Notes: a model not told the origin generated them from the letters alone. A stretch of DNA of 63,266 nt, filler included, from 12 parts of 12 records of this genome joined end to end with filler, not necessarily neighbours in it; one strand, 5' to 3'; positions 36,501 to 48,300 are shown, numbered from the whole stretch's first letter. Program-made: numbers and translations.

Positions 36501-38580
36501 CGCCGTCCACGAAAGTGTCTGACTTCTCTACCTTGCGGTTCTCGCACAATGTCTCGCATGTATCGATCAACTTGGCGATCCTCCCTGCCTGTCCTGCCAT
36601 TTGATTGGCGACGTAGTGCAGCGTGAGGATTGTGCCGTTTGCCACCAGCATCTCCACCATCATATCCATGCCATACCGGGTCTCGCCCACCTCCGCAGCA
36701 AGCCTGTCTATCCCAGAGCCCGTGCTTCCGCTCGAAATGATGGGAATCATGACCGCCGTCGCGATCCATGAGCGACAGCCGTACGTGTAGGCTACCTTGA
36801 AGATCAGACCAAACTTCGAGAGCGCCTGATATAGCTTAGTGGCTGCACCCTCCACACCTTCGAACCTTTTGTTTACAATAGCGTGCTCGCGCTCGCCACC
36901 ATTGAGCGCGTAGATTGCCTCAGAATGCGTTTGCACGCGGCTGACAGTCTTGAAGTACTTGCCCTGGACCATCGCCTGGCCGCGGTAGAGCTCCCCGATG
37001 TTCTTCGGGAAGATCCTGCTTGTGATCTCGTACGCCAAGAGCAGGTAGACATGAGGTAGCGTCGCGTAAACTAGTCCGCGCTCACGCCACAGCCGGAAAG
37101 TGAACCAGATGATCGGTGGAATGCCACGGAACAGCAGACCTACCACCATCGTCAGCTTTTTAGTCACTTCTGTCACCTCCGCTGCCAGTCGCTCGTCCGG
37201 ATCCGCAATCTTCTCGCGACCTGGAAGGTTTTTGATATGGTAGTATGAGCCCATAGAAAAGTAGTAACTATGGCACCGTCGGGTCAGCTGGTCACGCCAG
37301 GTGATCACCAGCTTCTCGCTGGCATAGGTCATTGCGGAACTCATGAATGATCCCAGCACTGTCAATAATGCTGAGTACGGCAGGAACTTAATGAAGATCC
37401 ACATGGCATCGCGGCGATACACAGCGTTCTGCAGCTGCCGGAGCAGGTCAGATGACATGTTCATCACCACTGTGCGCGCCAGAGCTAACACAAATGTGGC
37501 GAGAATTTCCTTCGAGCCATCTGGTAGCCCGTCATCAGTGAGACCAGTGCCTCCGACGAGCTTCTTAGGCCAGACTACATATAGAAGCCGCTTGACGTAG
37601 TTGCGCTTGTCCCTGCCCAACCTTTCCGGAGACGCCAGGTCGCGACACAGGTTGAAGGTGTAGTCAAACACGTCCACAATCTTAACCTGATCTTTCAGCT
37701 TCTTTTTCGTCTTCTTGGCCGATGCACGCTCTCCTTCGCCGCTCTTCGTTGGCGCTGCGGGGGCTGCTGCCTTCTCACTCTCAGTTTGCGGCGGCGCCGC
37801 CGCCACTGGTGGCTCCACCCCCGCCGCCACTGGCGTGGGAGAAAGGGGAGAAACATCGGCGTGAGGTCTGGCCGGCGTGTTGGAAGTGGACAGCGCGCTC
37901 AACTGGGCCTCCAGCGCAACGCGCAGGCTTTCAGTCTGCGCCATGGTCTGCGCCAGCGCAGCACGCACGTCGCTGGCCAGCCTCTCCTGGTCCCGCTGCA
38001 TTTTCTTTACTGAATCCGAAACGTGTGCCACCTCCTTGCGCAGCAGCTCCTGCTCTGGGTTGACAGGCGTCTGCGGCAGCCGCGGTGGGGTCTGGACAAC
38101 CACACCGTCATTGACTACGCCGTCCTCGAGGCTGGATATCGCTGAGTCCGGAGCAGTGCCGGCGAGCAGCGTTCTAGCTTGCTCGAGCGCAGCAGTCAGC
38201 TCGGCATCGTGCGGAGTGAGCTCAGCTGCCGCCGTAAACTCTGCGACGGCCTGCACGTAGTCCTTCCTCAGAAAAGCGTCCTCAGCGCTCTCCTTCAGCC
38301 TCTCAGCCTCCGAGACCTTCTCGGCCCCCACTACAAACACAAACACGCAAGTATCAGTCAGCCACATTCCCACCACCACCCTGCATGCCCACCCTGCATG
38401 CCATGCCCCACCAGCACGCCCCACCAGCGCTGTTGCACATGAACATAGATGATGAATGCAAGCAAGCCAGTGACGGCGCGCGACCAAGCACCGGCACCAG
38501 CAGGCGCCGGGGGGGGACGGCACACCAGCGTATCGGGCAGCACTGTCCGCCTCGTACTCCGGCTCCGGCTCCACATCCAT
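33551..38580 (-). CDS. Full-size ABCD (peroxisomal-type) transporter, TMD-NBD-TMD-NBD, with TPR-like/coiled-coil N-terminal extension
   Basis: NBD1: [31 protein letters not shown]2: [31 protein letters not shown]-like motifs [11 protein letters not shown] and [10 protein letters not shown]. At least 5 GT-AG introns. Stop at 33551-33553. Confidence 0.92.
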
Positions 38581-38735
38581 CTGCCCCGCCTGATGACGGG
38601 GTTCGATCAGTCCGATCGCAACGAAGAGCGCTCGCGCGCGCTCGCCGCGCGCCGCGCGTGCGCGTGTGGCCGTGTGCGCCGTACGTCCGCGTGCGTCCGT
38701 GCGTCCATCCGCGATGATTCGCAATCCGCCGCGCG
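38581..38735. promoter_or_regulatory. 155-bp bidirectional promoter between ABCD and the selenoprotein gene
   Basis: Divergent ATGs at 38580(-) and 38736(+), separated by a dense CGCG/GTCCG-rich tract. Confidence 0.6.
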
Positions 38736-39599
38736 ATGCTCCGGAGCGCCGCGATGCTGCGTCTGGTCCTGACCGTGCTGTGCATCAGTCTGGCTGCTGC
38801 ACCGTTCCAGCACCACGATCCTGACTCCATCTATCCTGTGCGTGCCCTCGACCACCTTCATCATGCCGTGCGACTCGCTCGCTGGGACTGCAGCTGACTG
38901 CTGCCACAGCCAGATGACTCATCATGCGAGCACTGCCTCGGCTCCGCAGGAGAATTTTTTCCACAAGGCCAAAGGCCACTCGACCAAGCTCACGAAGGAG
39001 ACGTTCAACGTGACTGCCCTTTGTCTCGAGCCAGCACGCAGACTGACGGCACGTCAGTCCCGTTGTCACCTCTATGGCTGAAGCTGATGTTGTACATTTC
39101 GTAGGACTGGATTAAGGGCGAGGTTGACGCCGGCCGCACTGCGATGGTGCGATGGATTGCCTCGGAGGGCTGAGGCTGATGACGCAAACAGGCGCCCGCC
39201 TGGAACCAGGTCGCGAAAGAGTTCTCAAGCGACGACGCGATCTCGTTTGGAGATGTGTTGCTTGGAGAGGAAGGAATACGGGTCGGCCCCAACGGTGGCG
39301 AAATGCAGCCCGGTGCTGGTGGGTGGCCAACAATCCGCTACTTCAATAAGCAGACGGGGTACGATGGTGCACCGTACGACAAAAAGCTGCCGGGCGCCAT
39401 GTGTGATGTACTGGGTAATGTAGACAACATGCGTAGCTACGCGGAAGCCGCGCGAGAGGGCAGCAGCGACGAGGTCAAGGAGATGGCTGCTAGTCATGCT
39501 GCAGAGACGCCGGAGGAAACGAAGGCGCGCAAGAAGGTAGAGATGAAGGAGCGAATTGCAGCAAAGCGCGCTGCGAAGAAGGCTGGGAAGGAACTCTAG
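38736..39599 (+). CDS. ER thioredoxin-fold/PDI-like selenoprotein with GUGUU motif (PDI_e-like); exons 38736-38837, 38950-39009, 39105-39599
   Basis: Spliced product MLRSAAMLRLVLTVLCISLAAA...KLTKETFNDWIKGEVDAGRTAMVRWIASEG-U-G-U-U-RKQAPAWNQVAKEF...GGWPTIRYF...GKEL*. In-frame TGA at 39171, 39177 and 39180 occupy the CxxC position. Also has a cis-Pro loop (WPT), signal peptide and KDEL-like end. Confidence 0.88.
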
Positions 39600-39681
39600 G
39601 CGATGTGGGGTCCTGTGGACTAGAGGTGGTGGGTATGCCTCAATTGCTTGCGTAGACGGCACGCAGTGGAAGCAAGATACA

Positions 39682-39766
39682 ATGACGCCGGCGCACAACA
39701 CGGCAGAAGAACAGTCTTTGCATAATTATGCAAAGGTAAGTCTTTTGCATGCGCACGCCGGCCGAG
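39682..39766 (+). promoter_or_regulatory. Candidate SECIS element in 3' UTR
   Basis: ATGA(39682)-11 nt-AA(39697). GCCGGCG pairs with CGCCGGC(39756-39762), which is followed by CGAG. Long apical arm. Confidence 0.6.
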
Positions 39767-39796
39767 AGCAAAGGGAGTGATCACACGAATCTGTGG

Positions 39797-40436
39797 CTAC
39801 GAGAGGTGCGACACGCTATCATCGTTGTCGATGAATCGCGGGCAGGCGTGCGCACATGTTGCAGACTCCTTTCCTTGCTTCCACAACGGTATGGCGTCCG
39901 GCGGCCTCGAGTCTGAACAGTTTCTAATGAATTCTTCGAGTCTGCGCGTTGAAAAGCTGCCGCAAATTACGGCTACCGCACATAACATACACAGGCACAT
40001 AACGTATTACATGCATGTTCTGCGGCCGTAGCTCAATCGGCCACGGAAACGCCATTGATCGTGATGTTGTATGAGCAACTTGCATTCATACTCCGCAACA
40101 GCCTGCACAAGCATACAGAGTAGCACATTACTTCCATGCGCATACAACAAGCCAGCAACGCAAGATGGCGGACGGCAGCACAGCCAGCGCCGCGCAGCCC
40201 ACCAACAACAGCATGCGCAGCATCGTGTCCTTGTACACGCAACGATAGACAGGAGTAGGCCAGCCACCACAGCCCGGCAGTACGGAATTCCCACTGATCA
40301 CCCACCCGGGCCGTCGACGGACTGCCAAAAGCAATTGTGCCTTGGTTTGACTGGGGAATTTGTATGGGCGACTCTCGGCCGACTCAGGACATTCAATCTC
40401 AAATCCCGGGTAGCTGGGTCCTGATCTTGGGACCAT
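39797..40436 (-). CDS. Possible 3' exons of a hypothetical gene
   Basis: Protein-like short frames separated by GT-rich intron-like tracts ending in GCAG. No recognisable family. Confidence 0.25.
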
Positions 40437-40656
40437 CCTCTGCTAACATGGAGAGCGTGGCGTGACGGCGGCGGTGCGATGACGCCTAGGTGGCGACGTT
40501 AGCGTAGACTGGAAAAAGGCTCGAATAGGATGGCCGTGCGCTCGACCAGGGTGGTCGGGTGGCACCGCAATGTAGATTAGTAATAGCCCACCGGAAGGTG
40601 GCTTACAGAACGCCTGGCTAGCAGGCGAAATAGATGTACCCGGAGATGTGGTACGC

Positions 40657-40756
40657 NNNNNNNNNNNNNNNNNNNNNNNNNNNNNNNNNNNNNNNNNNNN
40701 TTAATTAATTAANNNNNNNNNNNNNNNNNNNNNNNNNNNNNNNNNNNNNNNNNNNN
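40657..40756. other. Artificial contig linker
   Basis: N44-TTAATTAATTAA-N44. Confidence 0.99.
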
Positions 40757-41010
40757 TGGCGAAAATGTGGACGAAAAATGGAAATTTGTAGTCCAGGGTG
40801 TGCTGTCTGATACACTAGAACACGGTATGTAGCGCGGCGCCGCGGAGGTGGCGCGCGGGTCGCCGCCCCGCGCGATCCGTCTCCCTCCCTGCGTATCTAG
40901 GATATAAGTACGCGCGCGCGCGCGGGGGCGCGCGCGCGGCTACCCGTCGCGCCGGGGACTAGATCTACCGGTACTCGGGTGCGCGACGGCGCGCACACGC
41001 GGCAAGCACC

Positions 41011-43950
41011 ATGCCGTCTCCGTGGCGAGCGCCGCTGTTAGCGGCGGCGCTGATCTTGGTGCCTGAGGCGCTGGCCGCCAGCGGAGAGAGGGAGCGAGTG
41101 TCGATGGATTTCGGCTGGAAGTTCAAGGGCTTCCCAACGGTCGGACCGAACTACTACACTGCGCAGGACTACCCCTCGTCCGAGTGGCCGAGCATCGCTG
41201 CACAGGGGTACAACGACAGTGCCTGGAGGGGGCTGGACGTCCCACACGATTTCGTGATTGAGGGCGAATTCAACATGACCATCGTCCCAGCGCACGCCTG
41301 TGGTCACTGCACCGCCTACCTCGCTCCCGGGGTTGGATGGTACAGGAAGACCTGGGTGGTTCCGGCTGCGGCCGCTGGCAAGTCCGCCACCCTCACCTTC
41401 GATGGCGTGTTCCGCAACGCGACAGTCTGGTTAAATGGAGTCGAGCTTGGCCGTCACTCGTCCGGCTACACGTCGTTTCATTTCTCTGTTGGCCACCTGC
41501 TGCAGGCTGGCAAGCAGAACACGCTAGTGGTGAGGGCAGACGCCACGCTGAAAGAGGGGTGGTGGTACGAAGGAGGCGGGATTTACAGGCACACATGGCT
41601 GACAACCTACTCGAAGGCCGCGTACATTGCACCCTACGGCGTCCGGGTTACTTCGACCGTTGGAGGACGCATTCGTGCGGTTGACGAATCGGCGCAGCAG
41701 GTGGAGGTTTCTGTGCAGGTTGCACTCGGCAATGATGGCTCAACACCAACCCCTGTGCTGCTTCAGACAGAGATCATCGATCAGCACAATACGTCACTGG
41801 CGACAGGGATGGCTCCTATCACACGTGTGCCGCCCGGACTTGCACCCGGCAATGGAAGTGCATCAGCTTGGATCACCATGAATGTGAGTGTGGATGAGAT
41901 GGGGCTATGGTCGATCGAGACTCCGCGGCTGTATTATGCAGTCACATCGCTTTCTCAGGGGGATGAGGTAATAGACGAAGTCCGCGTGCGTTTTGCACCG
42001 CGAACGATAACTGTGACCGCGAACGGCGGCCTTAGCCTGAACGGCAAGCATGTCAAGCTTTCAGGAGTCGCAAATCATATGGACTTTGCTGGGCTTGGAA
42101 ATGCTCTCCCAGATAGGGTACAGTGGTTCAAGGTTCGGGAGATGAAACGAATGGGCGTCAATGCCTGGCGCTGTGCTCACAACCCTCCTGCACCTGAGTT
42201 CCTCGATGCGTGTGATGAGCTAGGCCTATTGGTGTTGGACGAGGAACGTCACTTTGGGATTCAGCCCGACGGCTACATCTTGCCACTAACTTGTAACGAT
42301 TCAAGATGGAGTGCCAGCGACCACACATTTATGGACAACCTGCCTTGCATCCCCGACGGCATCGCCGCGTTCACTCCCGAGAACATAGCAGACCTGAGGT
42401 CGATGGTGCTTCGCGACCGCAACCATCCGTGTGTCTTCGCTTGGTCCCTGTGCAACGAGCCAGAGTGTGAGACAACCAACTCCTCCACTGCATTGGCTGC
42501 AGGGAAACTCTACACGGCCATCATCAGGGAGCTAGATCCGACACGGATGGTCACTGGCGCGATGGTTGACTTCAGCTGGGCTGGTCGAGCCGCACTAGGC
42601 CAGCTACTCGACATCCAAGGCTTCAATTACCAGTACGGGGTTTACGATGGGTTTCACAGTCAGCACCCCAACACGCCTATGCTCGGTACGGAGACGGCTT
42701 CAAACAACGAAGACAGGGGGGAATACGATGAAACAGGCTACGCGAGTAGCTACGACACCAGCCAAGAAATCTGGTGGGCCGATCAAGTAGGGAAAGACAA
42801 GGATGGGTGGACGAAAGGACGAGATTTGCGGCCCTTCATGATTGGTGGTTTCGACTGGACTGGTCTAGACTATAAGGGCGAGTGTCAGTGGCCAAGCGTG
42901 ACCTCACATTTTGGCGCACTCGACAATGCAGGCTTCTGGAAGGATCGAGCCTGGTGGTACGCTGCCGCGTGGAAGCCAGCAGAGCCGGTGCTGCATATCT
43001 TTCCCGGTTGGGTATCAGCCAGCATCGCTAGCACTGACAAATTCGTTGAAAGTGACAGCTGTTGCCTAGAACAGTTCAGCGTAGACCGTGGCTCGACCGG
43101 CTTGGGACTTTTGATGCCCAATTGGTCTCCTACTAACCCTTCACCAAGACCTGTGGCGACAGATGAAGCCAGCTGCGCCAGGGCGTGCTGTGCAAAGCCC
43201 GGTTGCACGATGTACAACTGGTGTCCATCTGCTGCTAATCCAGAGACCGGCCAAGCCTACCCTTGTAACGATTCAAGGGTCAACCTCGCCTCACGTTGCT
43301 ACATCGGAGCACCACACTCCGTAGAAAATGACAGCGCATGGCTTGGAGGACGAAAGCCAGCGCCGACGAACGGCCTGCTCAAGAGTCTCGTGTATACCAA
43401 TGCCGACACTGTGTCTTGCGTGGTTGTGCCAAAGCAAGGCGGCATCAACATCAGCCTGCCGCTGATCGTTGTTCCACCTCTGGGCCATGGTGTCTTGATG
43501 CTACCCAATGACGCACCTGAATCTGGCACGCTGCACTGCGAAGGCTATCTGAATGGCAGCACGGAAGTGCACTCTGTGCACAGCGTGCCAAGTCCAGGCA
43601 TCCCTGCAGCTTTGCGGCTGACTGTGGAGATGGACCAAAAGCAGGTGCGTGCTGACGGCCAAGACGTGGCATTGTTGCGAGCCGAAGTCGTAGACAGCGC
43701 TGGTGTTGTAGTTCCTTCCGCCGACAACAATGTCTCATTTGTAGTTAGTGGTCCAGCGAGAATCATTGGTGTGGGGAACGGAAATCCGCACTGCCACGAG
43801 CCAGACAAAGCGACGTGGCGATCAGCATTCCATGGGTTAGTCCGAGCGATTGTGCAATCACACGAGCCTGGCGCAACAGGAACTGTCGTAGTTAAGGCGA
43901 GTGCAGACGATTTGGTGAGCAGCCGTATCAGTCTTGCCGTTGTTGCTTAG
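41011..43950 (+). CDS. GH2 beta-galactosidase-like glycosidase, secreted, apparently intronless, with PAN/apple-like Cys insert
   Basis: GVGWYRK, FDGV, WWYEGGGIYRH, RCAHNPP, RDRNHPCVFAWSLCNE (acid/base), GTET (nucleophile), GGFDWTGLDYKGE; C-terminal ADGQDV..GVGNGNP. Confidence 0.95.
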   Translation: MPSPWRAPLLAAALILVPEALAASGERERVSMDFGWKFKGFPTVGPNYYTAQDYPSSEWPSIAAQGYNDSAWRGLDVPHDFVIEGEFNMTIVPAHACGHCTAYLAPGVGWYRKTWVVPAAAAGKSATLTFDGVFRNATVWLNGVELGRHSSGYTSFHFSVGHLLQAGKQNTLVVRADATLKEGWWYEGGGIYRHTWLTTYSKAAYIAPYGVRVTSTVGGRIRAVDESAQQVEVSVQVALGNDGSTPTPVLLQTEIIDQHNTSLATGMAPITRVPPGLAPGNGSASAWITMNVSVDEMGLWSIETPRLYYAVTSLSQGDEVIDEVRVRFAPRTITVTANGGLSLNGKHVKLSGVANHMDFAGLGNALPDRVQWFKVREMKRMGVNAWRCAHNPPAPEFLDACDELGLLVLDEERHFGIQPDGYILPLTCNDSRWSASDHTFMDNLPCIPDGIAAFTPENIADLRSMVLRDRNHPCVFAWSLCNEPECETTNSSTALAAGKLYTAIIRELDPTRMVTGAMVDFSWAGRAALGQLLDIQGFNYQYGVYDGFHSQHPNTPMLGTETASNNEDRGEYDETGYASSYDTSQEIWWADQVGKDKDGWTKGRDLRPFMIGGFDWTGLDYKGECQWPSVTSHFGALDNAGFWKDRAWWYAAAWKPAEPVLHIFPGWVSASIASTDKFVESDSCCLEQFSVDRGSTGLGLLMPNWSPTNPSPRPVATDEASCARACCAKPGCTMYNWCPSAANPETGQAYPCNDSRVNLASRCYIGAPHSVENDSAWLGGRKPAPTNGLLKSLVYTNADTVSCVVVPKQGGINISLPLIVVPPLGHGVLMLPNDAPESGTLHCEGYLNGSTEVHSVHSVPSPGIPAALRLTVEMDQKQVRADGQDVALLRAEVVDSAGVVVPSADNNVSFVVSGPARIIGVGNGNPHCHEPDKATWRSAFHGLVRAIVQSHEPGATGTVVVKASADDLVSSRISLAVVA

Positions 43951-44313
43951 CAATGGGCAAACATCCTACGGAGGAGTAGTATTGTATGATCACACATTCA
44001 ATACAGCATTGGTTCCTAAGCAAATCTGTGTGGCTCATGGGCACCCGGCTGCATGCGACACAGTAGAAAGTATTGTTGTAACCTGAAGCTTGATGTCTTG
44101 ATCTCCATCTCTCGGAACCATTGCTGGCGAATCATTGCTGGTGCTCGAGCGATAAATTAGAACACGAACCCCATCCAGGATTCATGCTTGTCAGCGTCGT
44201 CGCTGGCGCGTCATAGTTTCGCATCACGCACTTCAACACCGTTGCCATTCAGCTGATCCGCCGTCAATGGCACGTTCCTTCCCAGCCGTGAGAGCCCCTC
44301 CTCCTCGAAGTAA

Positions 44314-44347
44314 TGACATAGGGCATAAGGCCTTGTGCCCTATGTCA
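44314..44347. repeat. 34-bp near-perfect palindrome with TGACA/TGTCA ends
   Basis: TGACATAGGGCATAAGG|CCTTGTGCCCTATGTCA, with one G:T mismatch. Confidence 0.93.
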
Positions 44348-44972
44348 GAAGGCCCTCGTGCGGCCGTACTACAAAATTCTGAGACAGATCTATTGACATG
44401 TGACGAAGGGGGCGCCCTGCGGGCGCGATGAACCCGGGAAGCAACCCATAGTTGTTAAATGTTTGTGGTGATTTTTAAAAAATATGTATTGTCAATGTCA
44501 TTGTCATTCTACGGTAGAGAATTCTGTGAGATAGCACCGCTCACGTCGAGGGACGGCCAGCCGTGCCTCGTGGCGATGATGCTCCTCGTTTGGAGACCGC
44601 CACCTTTAGTACAGAGCTTTGCGTACCAGACAGGACGACAGAACGAGAATCAGACACAGCCACGCAACCCACAAGAGTTGCGCAAGAGGTACCACATGGT
44701 TGTGTCCTCGCCGGACAGGCGGGTGCGAGAGGCGTTGCGCGACAACGCGGGGGGGGGGGGGAGCTCGCAGAGTACCGCGGCTGCATGGTCGAGCTGCGAA
44801 AGCCCAAGGACATCATTGGATGCAATTCAATTCGTTCCGGCACTTCAAGTGGCTCCAACTCTAGCCACACTTCCCTCGCCAGCCACGCAAGACACCCCCG
44901 AGCGGTTTGCGCGGACTGCCGCACCTCTATACCTGCTACCCGTACGCTGGCCCTCTGCTGTCTAGCCGCCAA

Positions 44973-45072
44973 NNNNNNNNNNNNNNNNNNNNNNNNNNNN
45001 NNNNNNNNNNNNNNNNTTAATTAATTAANNNNNNNNNNNNNNNNNNNNNNNNNNNNNNNNNNNNNNNNNNNN
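44973..45072. other. Artificial contig linker
   Basis: N44-TTAATTAATTAA-N44. Confidence 0.99.
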
Positions 45073-45332
45073 GTGTGTGTGTGTGCCACGCGGGCCACAG
45101 GGACGCCCGCGGAGAGGCGCTCAGCGTTTTCTGCGGTACAGTACGGTCCTGCGCAGTGCACGGCCTTCTTTTCCCGTTCCGCGATGTGGGGCGGCTGATA
45201 GAGTGATCACGGACACGGACACGCTCTGTGCAGGCATGTGATGTAAACGGCCTTCCGCGACCCCCGTAGAGTACACGCACACGGTCGTCTCTGTACGTGT
45301 ACCGTACACGCTCTTAAAGAGAGCGTTCCACG

Positions 45333-48300
45333 ATGGGGGGCGGCGCCTCGAAGCGCAAGCTCATGGCGGAGGAGCTGTCGCAGCGGACGACGGTGATCGA
45401 CGCGGAGACGCAGGATATCGTGGCAGCGGACATGCTGCGCCGGAAGAAGAAGCGCTGCGCCCTCGCGCTGCAGGTCGGCTACAGAGGGTACAAGGGGCGT
45501 GTCAGGGCGAGGGAGCAGCGCGAGGTGCTGGAGAAGTGGGCGGAGGAGCTTGTGCGCCACCCACACCACCCGCTGGACGGCCCGATGCCGGACTTCTACT
45601 GGCGCCACACGCTTCGCAAGGATCTGAAGCCGCGCTGGGATGCCCGGCCGGGCTGCATTCGGCGGGCGCTGGAGCACCGCGCCGCGACGCGCATTCAAGC
45701 CAAGGTGCGGAGCATCCAGACGCGCCAAGAGAATGTGCGGCGCCAGGACGCGGCGCTGATGATCCAGCGCCTCCAGCGGGGCAAGAGCACGCGGAACTAC
45801 CACGGTGTCAAGAAGCGGGCGGCCACCGCCATCCAGGCTGGCTGGCGCGGACACATCGGACGGAGACGCTGGTTCTGGCACCTCGAGTACAGGTCAGCCA
45901 CGAGGCTGCAGGCAGTTTGCCGCATGTGGTCCGGTGGTACGGGCGGCTGGCGCTGCATCAAGAGTGCGCTCTTGGTCCAGCGGCGCTACCGATACATTCG
46001 ACTCAACGGCAACTGGGCCGCGGCGATGCTGGTGCGCAAGAAGCTGCGATGCATTCAAGTGATTCAGCGTATGTTCCGCGGCTATCTATGCCGGATCGCT
46101 AGGAAGCGCATCGCGCTCGAAGACAACAAGATGGTGCGCGCATTGCTGGAAGACGCTGGTCTATCGCGCATGTGGTCCAAGTGGGGCGATGTCTTTGCGC
46201 GGCCGGGGTCCGCGTATTCGGGGCAGTTTGTGCGTGGCGATGTGCCTGGGCTGCGCCCTGATGGCTTGCCGACGCAGCTGTACGGCGGGTGGAGCATGAC
46301 CTATGACCAGATGCTCGACCTGAGGGAGAACCAGCTCGGCGGGATGGGTCTGCTTCTCGAGCCTATTCCGTCGTTGGGCATTCCGAAAATGCCGCGTGTC
46401 GAGTGGGGAATGACCTCGGCTGATAGAGCGCGGCTACTCGGCAAGATTAAACCGGCGAAGCGGGCGTGGATCAAGAACAAGCACCAGTGGAAAGCGAAGG
46501 AGGCCGCGAAGAAAAGGGCGGCAGAGCAGAAGAGGTTAGATGCAGCGGCCACTAAAATCCAGGCTCGCCATCGGGGGATGATGGGACGCAGGCGGCATGC
46601 GAAGCTGGCGGAGGAGGCGCGCTTAGCGCGCGTGCCAGGTTGGAGCAAACTGAAAAAGGTAGAAAGGAAGCACGTTGTTGAGACAGTGACGCAGGGCGCT
46701 ATGACAGAGACGGCGCTTAGAGCAGCAGCTCGACGCGGGGACCGCCGAGCTATTCTCGAGATATTAGAGACTCCCCACATCAAGGTGGACTCGGGCGACG
46801 AGAACGAACGGACGGCGTTCTTCTTGGCATGTCAGGAGGGCAAAGCGGAGATTGCCAAGATCCTACTGAAGGCTGGGGCGGACCCTGAGAAGCGTGACCA
46901 TGACAACGCCACACCTTTCATTATCGCGGCGCACGAAGGACAAATGAATGTGGTGCGTTGGCTGGCTGAGGACGTGCGCGTCAACACACACGCGGTCGAA
47001 GACTCCAGCGGATGCAACGGCTTCCTCATGGCGTGCTACACGGGGATGATGCCAGTCATAGAGTACATCGCCGAGAAAATCGGAGTCGACGTGACGTGCT
47101 GCGCTGCCAACGGCGCGACGCCAATGTACATCGCAGCCTACAGAGGCAACCTTCGGTTGGCGAAGTACCTGCACCGGCTGCGTTTCAATTGGAAGACTCC
47201 AGCAAAAAAGGAGGACCTTAATGGGGAGCTCACACTAGATGGCTTTACACCTTTGGAGGTGGCAGAGCGGCAGGGCCACACGAGGCTAGTCGATTTCTTC
47301 AAGATGCTGAGGGCGAAAGAGGAGAAAAAGCTCTGGGATCAGCAGGAGAAGCTTCGGCAAGAGGAAGAAGACAAGAAGAGGCAGGAGAAAAAGTTTCATG
47401 TGCCTGGGATCAGCGATCTCGGCCTATCGAGAGCTGAAATTCGTGCGATCGACATGTGGCTGAAGGCCGAGGACCTCAATCCATTTGGAGACGACAAGGA
47501 CCACGTCTACGTCAAGACATTTAAGGGTGAGTTTATCAAGTCGGAGATTCCGAACGGCTACACGATGGACAAAGCATCTCGGCTGCGCTACATTCTAAAA
47601 GAGAACACCATCAAACCTTGGGCCAAGTACAGGGCTGAAGCTGACAAGCTCTCTGGTGATATCGAAAGCGCTTGGCGGAAAGGAAAGACGGCGTTTCAGT
47701 TCGGCAAGCGGGCTGCAGATGACGATCGCTTGGCCAACACCATGCAGGCTTTACAAGAGGAGCTTGGACTCGGTGTAGAGCATCGCGGCCGTCCATGGGA
47801 GCCTGGCGACCCCGAAGGCGACGACGAGAATGCACCGAAGCACATTGCAGACCAGGCCTTTCAATGTGTGGTCGATTGCCCTGCTAATCGACCGGGGCAG
47901 TATCCGACGCGACTTGACGCTGTGGCTGGCGGACACCTGCGTGACACTGCAGGCTCCGACGAGCCGGTTTCGTATCTCGAGAAGATCGATATTGCGTGTC
48001 GTGCCATTAATCGGCAGGCAGAGTGGAACGGCAGAGAGGACTGGATTGCGAAAGGTGGACGTACCGCTGGCGACCTCGCACAGGCCGCGTACGCTGTGTG
48101 GCAAGCAGTGGAGCAGATGGAAGAGCAAGAGTTTCATACTGAAGACGACGAACTCGACGACGCAACCGCTGAAGCCAATGCCGCTTCAGCAGGTCCGGGC
48201 ATTAATGCAGCCCGAGGTGCCAAGCTTTGGTCAAAAGGAGGCAAGGCAATAGTCTCAACTGCGCGAATGGCGGCGCTAGCGCGTCCAAAAGGACCACCGC

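Noticed and set aside
39171-39182. Genome-wide TGA reassignment or pseudogene as the explanation for the triple TGA
   Set aside because: Other genes here end in TGA (4164, 16444, 28278, 33551) and use TGG for Trp. Three TGAs confined to the CxxC site of an otherwise intact gene fit Sec better than decay.
4164-43950. Apparent polysaccharide-utilisation gene cluster (GH78, GH99-like, GH27, GxGYxYP, GH2)
   Set aside because: The genes are on separate concatenated contigs. Only the GH99-like/GH27 pair is truly adjacent.
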